NCBI GenBank assembly: GCA_045638265.1
Contig: JAZUBA010000051.1
Location: forward strand, 30,194-94,193
Direction: 5' to 3'
Source: Alphaproteobacteria bacterium
GTDB taxonomy: Bacteria > Pseudomonadota > Alphaproteobacteria > CAAHEQ01 > UBA3637
Length of the DNA: 64,000 bases
Positions 18,405 through 28,700 of this stretch are shown piece by piece. The notes beneath the pieces are model-generated. The model was not told the DNA's origin and made no database searches. It saw only the letters and a list, made by a program, of their open reading frames with translations. Both the position numbers and the translations under genes were made by a program. How positions within the stretch are numbered: position 1 is the first letter of the stretch; the number at the start of each line of letters is the position of its first letter.

Positions 18405-19394
18405 TTAAGCAAACACAATCATAACAACACGATGTAATTTTTCAAATTCTTTTTTATGTAGCGTAAATGTTTCTGCCCGAATCGGACTTAATACAGAAAT
18501 TTGTTCCGTTGTATCGTCTAAAACAGATACTGGTAAAAATTCGTCTTCTGATGTTTGCAGTAAAGCAATATCGCCTTTTTTAGGAGCAGAGCAGGGAGAA
18601 ACAACTAAGACAGAATCAAGCGGAATAATCGGTCCTAATGCTTGAACTTTCATCCGAACGGCATACATTTGTGTATCAAATGACATGTTTGACGGACATA
18701 AAACAGAACCGATGGATTGCTCTTTGTCAATTTTGATAGCTCCGTTATCCCGTGGAAAGCCATAAATAGGAACAGTAACTTCTTGCGAATCGGCTGCTCG
18801 AATCATAAAACGACTGACCGGTAAATCATTATATCCGCCTTTGCTGGTAAAAATACCACTTTTACCTTCACTTTGTTTTAATTCGTCCAAGGCTCCGGAC
18901 ATATCTAATTCATAAATTTTAATTTGCAAGTCTTCAGGTGAAAAACCTAAGGCGTGAGCAATGTCTTTAAACGTTTTTTCATCAACTTCCCGTTGGCCCA
19001 TTTCAATACGGTGATAAACGGACAAGGTCATTTTTGCCCCTTTTGAAACCGTTTGTAATGTTAAGTTTTTTTGTCCGCGCAAATAACGTAAACCGGCCCC
19101 CATTGTTTTTAATCCGCTACCGGAGTTAATTTTGCGACGTCTGTCTTGTTCTCGTTTCCAAGCTTTAACAACTTCCGGCTGTGATGATTTTTCAGAAACA
19201 AACAGTGCTTCGGGAGGACAATCTAAAAATTTTGAAATTTTAATTAATTGGTCTTCATCTACACGACGATACCCTTTTTCAATTTTGCTGATAGCTGATA
19301 GACTTAAACCCAACATATCTGCCAAGCTCTTCATTGTTTTGCCTCGTACACGGCGAAACATTCTAATCTGATTCGGGAAAATAATTTCTTCCAT
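18405..19394 (-). CDS. Transcriptional regulator: two tandem XRE-type HTH domains plus a LexA/S24-like C-terminal beta-domain lacking the catalytic Ser motif
   Basis: HTH1 KSLADMLGLSLSAISKIEKGYRRV, HTH2 LTLQTVSKGAKMTLSVYHRIEMGQREV. C-terminal ...MYAVRMKVQALGPIIPLDSVLVVSP... resembles the S24 fold but has no GDSM. Stop is 13 nt upstream of the repeat-protein start. Confidence 0.6.
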   Translation of the reverse strand: MEEIIFPNQIRMFRRVRGKTMKSLADMLGLSLSAISKIEKGYRRVDEDQLIKISKFLDCPPEALFVSEKSSQPEVVKAWKREQDRRRKINSGSGLKTMGAGLRYLRGQKNLTLQTVSKGAKMTLSVYHRIEMGQREVDEKTFKDIAHALGFSPEDLQIKIYELDMSGALDELKQSEGKSGIFTSKGGYNDLPVSRFMIRAADSQEVTVPIYGFPRDNGAIKIDKEQSIGSVLCPSNMSFDTQMYAVRMKVQALGPIIPLDSVLVVSPCSAPKKGDIALLQTSEDEFLPVSVLDDTTEQISVLSPIRAETFTLHKKEFEKLHRVVMIVFA

Positions 19395-19640
19395 GTCTAA
19401 ACTCCTTTAATTAATTTATCATTTATGAATACGGATACTATACACCGCTTTTTTTATTTTGAAAATAGACAAAATGCAAAAAAAACGATTTTTTTTGAAA
19501 AAAATGAAAAAAAAGCCTCTTTTTTGACTAAACTCACTCAAATTTTTTCTCAAAAAGCATCAAATTTATCAAAAATTGCTAATTTTTTATTAACAAGTCA
19601 AGCTAAAAAGCGAATCACATTGTTTGTTTTTTGTCAAAAA

Positions 19641-20579
19641 TCATTCCGGACGTAAATTTTGATAAGGCTCATTCCAGCTTTCTATAAAATTAGTAAGAAC
19701 TTCATTTTTTTGTGTTGGAAGAACAATATTAAGTGTTACCAATAAGTCACCTTTGTCCTTGACCCCTTTGCCTTTTAAACGCATTGTTTTTCGGGTGTCT
19801 GCATAGGGTGGAACATTCATTCGAACGGCTCCATAAGGTGTCGGAACAGTTATTTTGCTACCTAAAACGGCTTCTTTTAAGGAAATGGGCAGTGTAATCA
19901 AGACATCGTTACCTGAACGTGTATATTGATTGCTTTCCTGAACGGTTAATCGGATAAGTGCATCTCCTTTTTTGCCTGTTCCGATTGATTCTCCTTGTCC
20001 TTTTAGCCGTAAAGTGGAATCGGTTGTTACTCCGGCAGGAATTTTGACTTTTAAACGTTTTCCATTGGATAATGCCAATGTCGTTTCACCGCCTGTAACG
20101 GATAAATCAAATGGTATGGTTAAGTTGTAGGAAACATCTTGTCCTTGCGGTGTTCTTGTTCGTGAAGTGTGTCCACTTCCCATACCGAATAAGTCTGAAA
20201 AATCAAATCCGCCGAATCCGCTTTGATTACCTCCATGAAATGCTCCGCCAAACATAGAAGCCAAATCTTCGGGATTAATATTGTGTGTGGAATATCCCTG
20301 ACGGCTGTACCCGTTTGAGTTGCCATACCCACCGCTATAACCTCCACCGAAAGGAGTCGGATTCCCTTCGCCGTCTATTAATCCTGAATCATATTGTTGT
20401 CGTTTTTCGGGATTAGATAATAATTCATAAGCAGATGTAACAGCTTTAAATTTATCGGCAGATTGTTTGTCAGGATTAACATCCGGATGTAATTTACGGG
20501 CTAACTTTCGATAAGCTTTTTTAATTTCATCAGCTGTTGCCGTTTTAGATACACCAAGTAATTCGTAAGGGTTAGACAT
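19641..20579 (-). CDS. cbpA: Curved DNA-binding protein CbpA (DnaJ homologue without zinc finger)
   Basis: N-terminal J domain ([32 protein letters not shown]), G/F-rich linker, DnaJ C-terminal domains, no CxxCxGxG repeats, 312 aa. Confidence 0.75.
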   Translation of the reverse strand: MSNPYELLGVSKTATADEIKKAYRKLARKLHPDVNPDKQSADKFKAVTSAYELLSNPEKRQQYDSGLIDGEGNPTPFGGGYSGGYGNSNGYSRQGYSTHNINPEDLASMFGGAFHGGNQSGFGGFDFSDLFGMGSGHTSRTRTPQGQDVSYNLTIPFDLSVTGGETTLALSNGKRLKVKIPAGVTTDSTLRLKGQGESIGTGKKGDALIRLTVQESNQYTRSGNDVLITLPISLKEAVLGSKITVPTPYGAVRMNVPPYADTRKTMRLKGKGVKDKGDLLVTLNIVLPTQKNEVLTNFIESWNEPYQNLRPE

Positions 20580-20840
20580 AAAAAAACACTCCTTATTATA
20601 TCGCTCATAAGATGATATATAATATAGTTGTCTTTGTTTAAAAAATCTATGGAAAAATAAAAAAAATGTATTTTTTAAACATAAAACCGATAAAAAAAGA
20701 AAATTTGAATTGAAAAAAATCCATAAAAAACAAAGATAAACTCTTTTTTTGAAAAAAAATGGGTCGGATGAACAAAAATGATTGAAAAGGATTTAAAAAA
20801 GCGGTAATATACAAAAAAACAAGTCATAAACAGGGGACAA

Positions 20841-22415
20841 ATGATTTTATATAATCAAACCGAGATTGTTCAGGCTTTGCTTAATCCACGGATATATCCG
20901 GTTAGTTGGCACGTCTCGGAAGTTGAAATGATTCAATCTCATATCGCCATGCTGTTTTTAGCTGGCGATTATGCTTTTAAATTAAAACGAGCGGTTCTTT
21001 CGCCCGGTACTGATTTTTCAACACCTCAAAAACGGAGAGTCGCTTGTGTACGAGAAATGCGTCGTAGTACGGTTTATGCTCCTCATTTAGTTGTTGGTGT
21101 GCGTTCTGTCAGACGATTGCCGAATGGTCGTATTTGTATCGGCGGTCGGCTAGGGGAAGAAATTGATACGTTGTTGGTTATGCGTCGTCTTAAAAAAGCC
21201 GATATTTTAGGTTCTTTTTTGCCTTGTGAAACATTTGACAGATTTGAAGTAATGGATTTGGCTGAGCAGTTGGCAGATTTGCATAATAAAGCCAAAACGT
21301 TTCGGACAAAATGGACGGCTGATGATATTGAAAATATTATTACGGAAAATGAACGTGTTTTGTATCAATTTGCCGAGTCGTTTATAGAACAAGAAAAAAT
21401 AAAAGAATTAACAACGGTCAGTCATCGGTTTTTATCGCAAAATATGTCATTGATTGCCTTGCGTCAAAAAAGTGGGCGTATTCGTAAATGCCATGGCGAG
21501 TTGTTGTTGTGTAATATTGCTCGAAAAGAAAATAAGTATTTGTTTTTTTCTCCCGTTGAATATAATGAAACATTAGATTGTATTGATACGTTGTATGATT
21601 TGGCTTATTTGCTTATGGACATGGAGATGCGAGGAATGCGTCGTTTGGCAAATATGTTGTTTAATCACTATTTGGCGTATACAAACGATATGACAGGTTA
21701 TCCGTTGTTGCCGTTGTATCAATCTATGCGTGCTTCATCAAGAGCAGGCGTGTGTGCGAAAAAGGCTGTGCTTCTTGATGGGGAAGAAAAAGCAGAAGCT
21801 GAACAAACTGCCCGAGACTATTTTGATTTGGCTTTACATTTCTTAAAACATAATAAACCGGCACTGATTGCCTGTGGTGGTTTATCCGGTAGTGGTAAAT
21901 CTCGTGTTGCTCGAGAATTAGGCGGACGCCTTAATCCGCCACCGGGTGCCGTTATTTTACAAGAAGATGTGGTCAAAAAACAAATGGCTGGCTGTCCTTT
22001 AAATGAAAGATTGGATTCGTCTTTTCATACACCGGCTTATGAACGGGTGGCTTACGATGTTTTACGTCAACAGGCTCGTATGGCGTTAAGTGTTGGTTCC
22101 AGTGTTATTATTGATGCGTTATTTTATAATGAAAAAGAACGAAAGGCTGTTGAGGAATTAGCCAAAGAATTGAATATTCCTTTTGTCGGTGTTTGGATTG
22201 AAGCACCGTTAGACATTCGGGCAGAGCGGGTCTATTCACGAATCCGTAATACATCAGATGTTCACGAAAAAGCAACACTTGAAACTCAAATGCAGTTGCA
22301 TACGGGCCATATTACATGGAATCGTATTGATACGGATAGAACACGGGAAGATACTATCCATCAGGCATTAGATATTTTAAAGAAAAACAATATTGATGTT
22401 TACATAAAAAAATAA
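20841..22415 (+). CDS. Two-domain kinase: N-terminal phosphotransferase (APH/choline-kinase-like) domain fused to C-terminal P-loop (AAA_33/zeta-like) kinase domain
   Basis: C-terminal IACGGLSGSGKSRVAREL Walker A with ...VILQEDVVKK.... N-terminal ~330 aa matches the architecture annotated as bifunctional aminoglycoside phosphotransferase/ATP-binding protein; the domain call is from memory. Confidence 0.5.
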   Translation: MILYNQTEIVQALLNPRIYPVSWHVSEVEMIQSHIAMLFLAGDYAFKLKRAVLSPGTDFSTPQKRRVACVREMRRSTVYAPHLVVGVRSVRRLPNGRICIGGRLGEEIDTLLVMRRLKKADILGSFLPCETFDRFEVMDLAEQLADLHNKAKTFRTKWTADDIENIITENERVLYQFAESFIEQEKIKELTTVSHRFLSQNMSLIALRQKSGRIRKCHGELLLCNIARKENKYLFFSPVEYNETLDCIDTLYDLAYLLMDMEMRGMRRLANMLFNHYLAYTNDMTGYPLLPLYQSMRASSRAGVCAKKAVLLDGEEKAEAEQTARDYFDLALHFLKHNKPALIACGGLSGSGKSRVARELGGRLNPPPGAVILQEDVVKKQMAGCPLNERLDSSFHTPAYERVAYDVLRQQARMALSVGSSVIIDALFYNEKERKAVEELAKELNIPFVGVWIEAPLDIRAERVYSRIRNTSDVHEKATLETQMQLHTGHITWNRIDTDRTREDTIHQALDILKKNNIDVYIKK

Positions 22416-22556
22416 TTATATATATTGTTATATTTTTTAACTTGTTAATTTTTTTGAGTTAATTAATTTTTATTCATTTCTAATCAAAAAAATGAACTTT
22501 TTTCATAGTTGTTTCGTTTTTAGTTTTGTCAGAACAAAATAATAAGGAGTAATAAA

Positions 22557-23036
22557 ATGAAAAAAGGAAATAAAATCATTACATCAGTTGTCGCTTTGGC
22601 ATTTTGTTTTAGCGTTGTCTCACCGGCATCGGCCGGATATAGAACAGTTTATGTGCCAAATAGTTACAATACAACCGGGCAGACTATTATTTATCAAAAT
22701 ACATCAACACAACCGATTGTTGTGCAACAACCGACACAAACGATTGTGGTACAGGAACAACAACCGGTTCAAACGGTGTATGTTAATGAAACAACGACTT
22801 ATTCGGATGATGCTTTATGGGCAGCCGGTATCGGGACACTTGTCGGAGGTGTTATTTTAGGTAGTATTTGGCATCATGACCATAAAAAAAGTCATTATAA
22901 ACCACAACCGCCAAAGCATAGTAATAAACATCATATCGGAGGAAAACCAAACGGAAATAAGCATCATGCAAACAATAAGCCAAAAGGTTCTAAACCAAGT
23001 GGTAATAAACCGAAAGGAGATAAAAAACACAAATAA
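22557..23036 (+). CDS. Secreted/membrane-anchored protein with Q/V/T-rich repeats and His/Lys-rich C-terminal tail (hypothetical)
   Basis: Signal peptide ...VVSPASAG. Repeats QPIVVQQPTQTIVVQEQQPVQTVYV. TM AAGIGTLVGGVILGSIW. Tail HHDHKKSHYKPQPPKHSNKHHIGGKPNGNKHHANNKPKG... Confidence 0.5.
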   Translation: MKKGNKIITSVVALAFCFSVVSPASAGYRTVYVPNSYNTTGQTIIYQNTSTQPIVVQQPTQTIVVQEQQPVQTVYVNETTTYSDDALWAAGIGTLVGGVILGSIWHHDHKKSHYKPQPPKHSNKHHIGGKPNGNKHHANNKPKGSKPSGNKPKGDKKHK

Positions 23037-23081
23037 GTAATCAATGTTTTATGAATGGAACTCTTTTAAATATTAAAAAAA

Positions 23082-23119
23082 ACATCTTTGTAATTGATTT
23101 TACAGAGATGTTTTTTTTA
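23082..23119. terminator. Bidirectional terminator between convergent genes
   Basis: Hairpin aacatctttgtaa/ttacagagatgtt flanked by AAAAAAA and TTTTTTTT. Confidence 0.55.
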
Positions 23120-23131
23120 TTTTAATAAAAG

Positions 23132-23446
23132 CTATTCTTGATATTGATGTGCTTTTTGTAATTCTTCAATTGTTTCTTCTTCACCGTATTGATAAGCTTT
23201 GGCATCTTCGGGGGATAGAATTTCCAATAATTTCATTAATCCGCCAACATGATGTTTTTCATCAAGGGCGATTTCTGCTAAAACGGTATGAATTTGAGGA
23301 TTATCTGTGCTTTCGGCAATTTGTTGATAAATTTGAATAGCCTCAAATTCAGATGATATAGCAAATTTAATGGCACGTAAAATTTCGGTATCAGATAATT
23401 TTGTACGTGGTGAACATACGCAATTAATTTGAGCAAAATCAGTCAT
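23132..23446 (-). CDS. Small ferritin-like/rubrerythrin-like diiron-motif protein (hypothetical)
   Basis: 104 aa. ...SSEFEAIQIYQQIAE... and ...ALDEKHHVGGL... (E..E..H-type ferritin-like motifs). Confidence 0.4.
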   Translation of the reverse strand: MTDFAQINCVCSPRTKLSDTEILRAIKFAISSEFEAIQIYQQIAESTDNPQIHTVLAEIALDEKHHVGGLMKLLEILSPEDAKAYQYGEEETIEELQKAHQYQE

Positions 23447-23645
23447 TTCTTTCTCCTTTCTTTATACATAAATGAGATAAAGCAGTTTGAACAAAAAACA
23501 AGTTTCTTTTAGTCTGTGTTGTTTAATTTTTATATGAAAAAACGAAAAATATAAAAAAGATAAAAAAAATGTTGAAAAACAAGAATGGATATGGTAAAAT
23601 CAAATCCGTAATTATTATCAGCACTTTTTATAAGGAGTCATTTTT

Positions 23646-23942
23646 ATGAAAAAAATTTTTGCATTAACAGTTGCTTGTACTGTACTTGCCGGGTGTTCTT
23701 ATTTGGGCCAACCGGAAGCTTATACGGTTATTGATGAAGAAACAGCTCAAATCCCAGAACCGGTCAAAGTTGAAGCTCCGGCTCCGAAACCGGCTCCGGT
23801 TATGACTCCGTGTGGCGGTGTTTATTGTGCTCCAGCTCCGATTAAAACATGTGGTTGCACACAAGCTCCATGTCAAATTAATCCTGGTATGAAAGAACCG
23901 TTGGTTATTCAATTGCCGGGTCAACCAATTGTTGTACAATAA
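23646..23942 (+). CDS. Small Pro-rich lipoprotein
   Basis: MKKIFALTVACTVLAGCSY lipobox. PAP/KPAP-rich. Cys-containing C-terminus. Confidence 0.5.
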   Translation: MKKIFALTVACTVLAGCSYLGQPEAYTVIDEETAQIPEPVKVEAPAPKPAPVMTPCGGVYCAPAPIKTCGCTQAPCQINPGMKEPLVIQLPGQPIVVQ

Positions 23943-23963
23943 GTAACTTGTCAGCAAGTTGTT

Positions 23964-23990
23964 AAAATATAAAATCCGCTTTCGGGCGGA
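23964..23990 (+). terminator. Rho-independent terminator
   Basis: aaaatccgctttcgggcggatttttttt. Confidence 0.7.
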
Positions 23991-24118
23991 TTTTTTTTGT
24001 TTTGTTTATAAAATAAAAGTGTAGTTTTTCATTGAAGTTCAATATAAAATATTTGACTTAATAAAAAAATGTGATAAAATAAGTACATATCGTACAATTT
24101 AAAGAAAAGGAATAAGAG

Positions 24119-24787
24119 ATGACCGTAATCCCTGAAAAAAATTTAAGACAATCCGAACGAATGGTGGATTGTCGATTAAGGTTAGGTTGTCGTGATGCGA
24201 TGGATTTTTATAAGAAATACAGTCAAAACGGGCAATTATTTTCTTATCCGAAATATCAAAAACACGAAAGGGGAGAGCGTCCGTTGAATGAAAAATCAGC
24301 AATGACATATGCTAAAATTTTTAATGTGAATTGGATGTGGTTGCTGTATGGTACGGAAGATTTAACGGAACAAACTGTATCGTTAGATGTGGTGGATACT
24401 GTGGCGTGTTGCGGGAATGGACGTGTTAATTTTGATTCTCATATTATCGGACAACAAATGCTTTCTTTGAAAGCTTTTCATCAAATTACACTCATTCATC
24501 CGAAAAATATCAAGATATTAAAAGTTGTTGGTGATAGTATGGAGCCTACTATCAGTAATAATGATTTTGTGTGGGTGGATATTTCATGTAAAACACCGAC
24601 GGGAGATGGAATTTATATGTTTTGTATTGGAGATAGATTGGTTATTAAACGAGTGCAGATTAATCCGTTTGATAATTCATTAAAAATTTTATCCGATAAT
24701 CCGAAATACGAACCGATAACGGCAGAACGCTATCAGGATGTACAAACGTTAGGGCGGATTATTTCTTTCACAAAAATGATTGGATAA
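24119..24787 (+). CDS. Phage CI/LexA-like repressor with S24 self-cleaving peptidase domain
   Basis: N-terminal HTH region ending ...AKIFNVNWMWLLYG. C-terminal S24 with catalytic Ser (VVGDSMEPTI) and Lys (LVIKRV). Confidence 0.7.
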   Translation: MTVIPEKNLRQSERMVDCRLRLGCRDAMDFYKKYSQNGQLFSYPKYQKHERGERPLNEKSAMTYAKIFNVNWMWLLYGTEDLTEQTVSLDVVDTVACCGNGRVNFDSHIIGQQMLSLKAFHQITLIHPKNIKILKVVGDSMEPTISNNDFVWVDISCKTPTGDGIYMFCIGDRLVIKRVQINPFDNSLKILSDNPKYEPITAERYQDVQTLGRIISFTKMIG

Positions 24788-24793
24788 GTTAAA

Positions 24794-25600
24794 ATGGAAA
24801 AAATACGTCAATTTATTTTGCTTTGTATTTACACATTTGCACCCCCTGTGTACATGATGAGTGTGGTTTATTTGTTGCGCTTATATCGGGATAATGATAA
24901 TTTCGGACAGTTTGATTTACTACCTATTTTTTGGGAAACAGTATGGGTGCCTGCGTTGTTGGGAATGATATGTAATCATTGTTTACGTCAATATCGTAAA
25001 AAACATTTACAACCGAATGAAAAAGTGCGTGATTATCCGTTGATTTTTGTCTTGCTTTATTCGCTTTATTTTTTGATATTGGGTAAAATTTCGTGGGGAA
25101 CAGATTGTTTGTACAGTGGTCTTTGTGGTTTGCTTTTAGTCTTTTTCGTATTGATTTTTAGAGAAGGAACGAAGCGATATGTTGAATATTTGCCGTTAAC
25201 GGAAAAATTTTATTTTTATTTAGTTGCTTTTTTATATCCGATATTCATTTTAATTGTAGTTGACTGTATTGCTATTATAGAAAATTACCCTTTTCATATG
25301 GCAATCTTACTGGCACCGATTTCGTATATTGCCGGTATATCCGTTTTTATCGGATACGGTATTTGCTTAAAACTATATAGTATTATAAATAAAATTGCTT
25401 TACGAAAAATTGTGTTACATTTGCCACAAGCTATTTTGTTATTGTTAATTGGTGATTTAATCGGGTGTTTGTATTTGATACCGTATTTGGGAAATTTGGT
25501 ATTTTTTATTGGTTTGTTAATGTGTTTTGTCCTATATATTTTTGAATTGATTTATGATGGTATCCGTAAATACAAACGCTGTAAATTATCTGTTAAATAA
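24794..25600 (+). CDS. Polytopic integral membrane protein (hypothetical)
   Basis: 268 aa with ~7 hydrophobic helices. Starts 7 nt after the repressor stop. Confidence 0.5.
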   Translation: MEKIRQFILLCIYTFAPPVYMMSVVYLLRLYRDNDNFGQFDLLPIFWETVWVPALLGMICNHCLRQYRKKHLQPNEKVRDYPLIFVLLYSLYFLILGKISWGTDCLYSGLCGLLLVFFVLIFREGTKRYVEYLPLTEKFYFYLVAFLYPIFILIVVDCIAIIENYPFHMAILLAPISYIAGISVFIGYGICLKLYSIINKIALRKIVLHLPQAILLLLIGDLIGCLYLIPYLGNLVFFIGLLMCFVLYIFELIYDGIRKYKRCKLSVK

Positions 25601-25730
25601 AAGATAAAATTTTTTATTAGATTGTTTTATAAAAATACGAAAAATCTTCTAAAAATGGGATTGCATTTTTAGTGTAATACCTTTTTTTGAATTGATGATA
25701 CATGAAGATGTAGCGTAGTACATTACAATA

Positions 25731-25766
25731 AAGAGATGTTTTTTTTTGTAAAACATCTCTTTAAAT
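25731..25766. terminator. Bidirectional terminator between convergent genes
   Basis: Perfect stem aaagagatgttt/aaacatctcttt with T-rich loop. Confidence 0.6.
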
Positions 25767-25795
25767 GATTTACTATTTTATGATGATATCGGATT

Positions 25796-28700
25796 TTATT
25801 GACAATCTGAACTATCATCAGATCCGGCAACCGATGTTGTACCGCTCGGACACTTTAATGCGGTTGTCATTTTTGTTTCAGGACAATAATATCCTTTGGG
25901 ACAAATAGTTGCTGTTGTCATTGTTGTATTTGGACAATAATAACCGACAGGAGAATCTTCACAACTTGATTGACCTGTATTGGGATTAAATGTTCCTTTT
26001 TCACAAGCCTTACAGGCACTTGAAGTTGTTTGTTCTGTCATTGGATTATATTTGCCGGCCGGACAAGCAATCGGATAATCTGATTTTGCCGGACAGTAAA
26101 ATCCTTTTGGACATTTTTCTTGCATATCACCCTTACTGGCATCGGGACAAGTATATCCTGCTGTACAAGGAGTACAGGTAGTAGCTCCGACATCACTATA
26201 TGTTCCGGCACTACAAGGCCCTGCTGTTGATAAACCTGTTGTGGGACAATAATATCCTTTGGGACAAATAGTTGCTGTTGATAAACCTGTTGTGGGGCAA
26301 TAATATCCTTTGGGACAAGTTGTTGCGGAAGTTGCTCCTTCTAACGGACAGTAAGCCGTCATTGGACAAATGGTTCCTGCTGACATACCGGTTGAAGCAC
26401 AATAGGTGCCTGCTTCACATTTTTTACATGCAGATGAATTGTCTTGTCCTTCTTGATTGTTATATGTTCCTTTGGGACAAGATGTGCAATCTGTCTTGGC
26501 ATCAGATCCTGGATTTGAATTATACGTGCCAACCGGACAGGGTATTTGTTCAGCTGAACCAGTAGGACAATAAGTTCCTGCTTTACAAGTGATACACGCA
26601 TCAATACTGGTTGCTCTCTCTTTCGGATTGTATGTTCCTGCTTTACATTTTGTACAATAACTTACGCTTATTTGTCCTGTTTTGGTATTATATGTACCGG
26701 CAGGACAGGGTATTTTATCGGCTGAACCAGCAGGACAATAAGTTCCTGCATCACAAATTGTACATACATCAGCACTGCTTTGTCCTTCAGTCGGATTATA
26801 GGTTCCGGCTTTGCATTTTGTACAATAACTTACACTTGTTTGTCCTGTTTTGGTATTGTATGTTCCTGCTGGACAAGGTATTGGTTCAGCAGAGGCTGTT
26901 GGACAATAATGACCAATTTCACATTTTAAACAAGCTGTTGATTCTGTTGCTCCCTCTGTTGGATTGTAAGTTCCGGCTGGACAAGCTTTTTTTGTTTTTC
27001 CGACACAGTAATAGCCTTTTGGACAGGTGCCACTATCAGTAGAGCCTGCCTCACAATATGAATTTTCAGGACAAGGTTTACAAGATTCTAATCCTTCTTC
27101 ATCACCATAAGTACCTTCCGGACAAATAGTAGGTGTTTTGGATGTTTTGGGGCAATAATATCCTTTCGGGCAAATAATTTCTTCTGTTGTTTCTTTGGGG
27201 CAGTAATGTCCGGCGGTGCAGTTTTGACCACTAAACGTTGTAGACCCTTCCGGACAATAATATCCTGCCGGACAACTGCTTAGTTTGTGGATGTAGCCAC
27301 AATAAAATCCTACCGGACATTTTGCTTTAACCGTAGATCCGGCTGGACAATAATCTCCTTTTTCACAAGGCAAACAATCGGTTGTTGCACCTTTTCCTTC
27401 CTGTGAATTATAGGTGCTGTGAGGACAAACGGTTGCTGTTCCAACACCAGCAGGACAATAAGAACCGGCTGGACAAATAATCGGTTCAACAGATCCTTTC
27501 GGACAATAGTATCCTATTGGACAAGCTAAACAAGCCGATGAAGCAGTTGTTTTGTCATTTGGATTATATTTACCGGCAGGACAAGGCGTAACGGCTTTTG
27601 CTGTACAATAAGAACCTGCTGGACAAGTGATACATTCCGTTGCGCCTGTATTAGGGTTGTATGTACCGCTGGGACAAGTTAAACATGCTGTTGATTCCGT
27701 TGCGCCCATTGTTGGATTATATGTTCCTATTGGACAAGCTGTTTGTTTTGTCGCTGTACAATAATAACCGGCCGGACAAATGCCATTGGTAACGGAGCCT
27801 TCTGGACAGTAAGCATCAGCCGGACAGGTAATGCAATCAGTTTTAGAGGATTTTCCTTCATTGGGATTATAAGTGCCTGTTGGACATTTTGTTGCGCCTA
27901 AAAATGAATTTTCAGGACAATAATGACCGGCAGGACAAATAACAGGTTCTGTTTGATTGGTCGGGCAATAATAACCTGCAGCACAAGAACTTGCTTTTGC
28001 CATACAAATATCTGATCCAGGTATTTTTTTATAAAAATTAATATATAAATTACCGCTACCATGGTCGTATTCATTCGCCATTCTGATTCGGTGAATGCCT
28101 TTTTTTAAATCCAGAGAGAATGTTGTGCCTGTACGGGCATAATAAGAAACATCATCAATAATATATGTTAAACCTATATCTCCATCGGAAGATTTAATGC
28201 TCCCCTGGAAATCATAAGGCATAATGAATACAGAATCTTGGCAGTTGACTAAATTGGTAACATTTCGTTCGTGAGAGTTATAAAATTTGTTTGTGTAGAC
28301 ATATTGAGAATAATTATCACTATCCCAGCGAAATTTTTCACAGTAAATTGCCCGAATAGGAAAACCCATTTCATCGCAATCCAACTTTTGACAAGTGCGA
28401 TTATTGCAATAATAGTAATCGGCGCAATCATTATTTTCTAAACATTCTACACACACATTTTCATCTTCAACATAAATATAATTGTTAGGACAAACGCAAT
28501 CGCCGTTGATGAGTTGTCGTGGTGCGTCGCAAACACATTGAGGTTCTATGCAACTGCATTTTTTTAAAACATCATCGAATGTTAATGGTTCTTCACAACA
28601 CACACATTGGTCGTCAACTTCTTTGCAATCAGGTCCGCAAATGCATTTTTCCAAAGTTGCGTCGTATGTATTTGGTTCAGGGCAAGGTTGACATTTGCCG

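Noticed and set aside
24119-25600. Prophage or mobile element implied by the CI-like repressor.
   Set aside because: No integrase, transposase, att-like direct repeats, tRNA target or phage structural genes in the vicinity. Treated as a stand-alone regulator.
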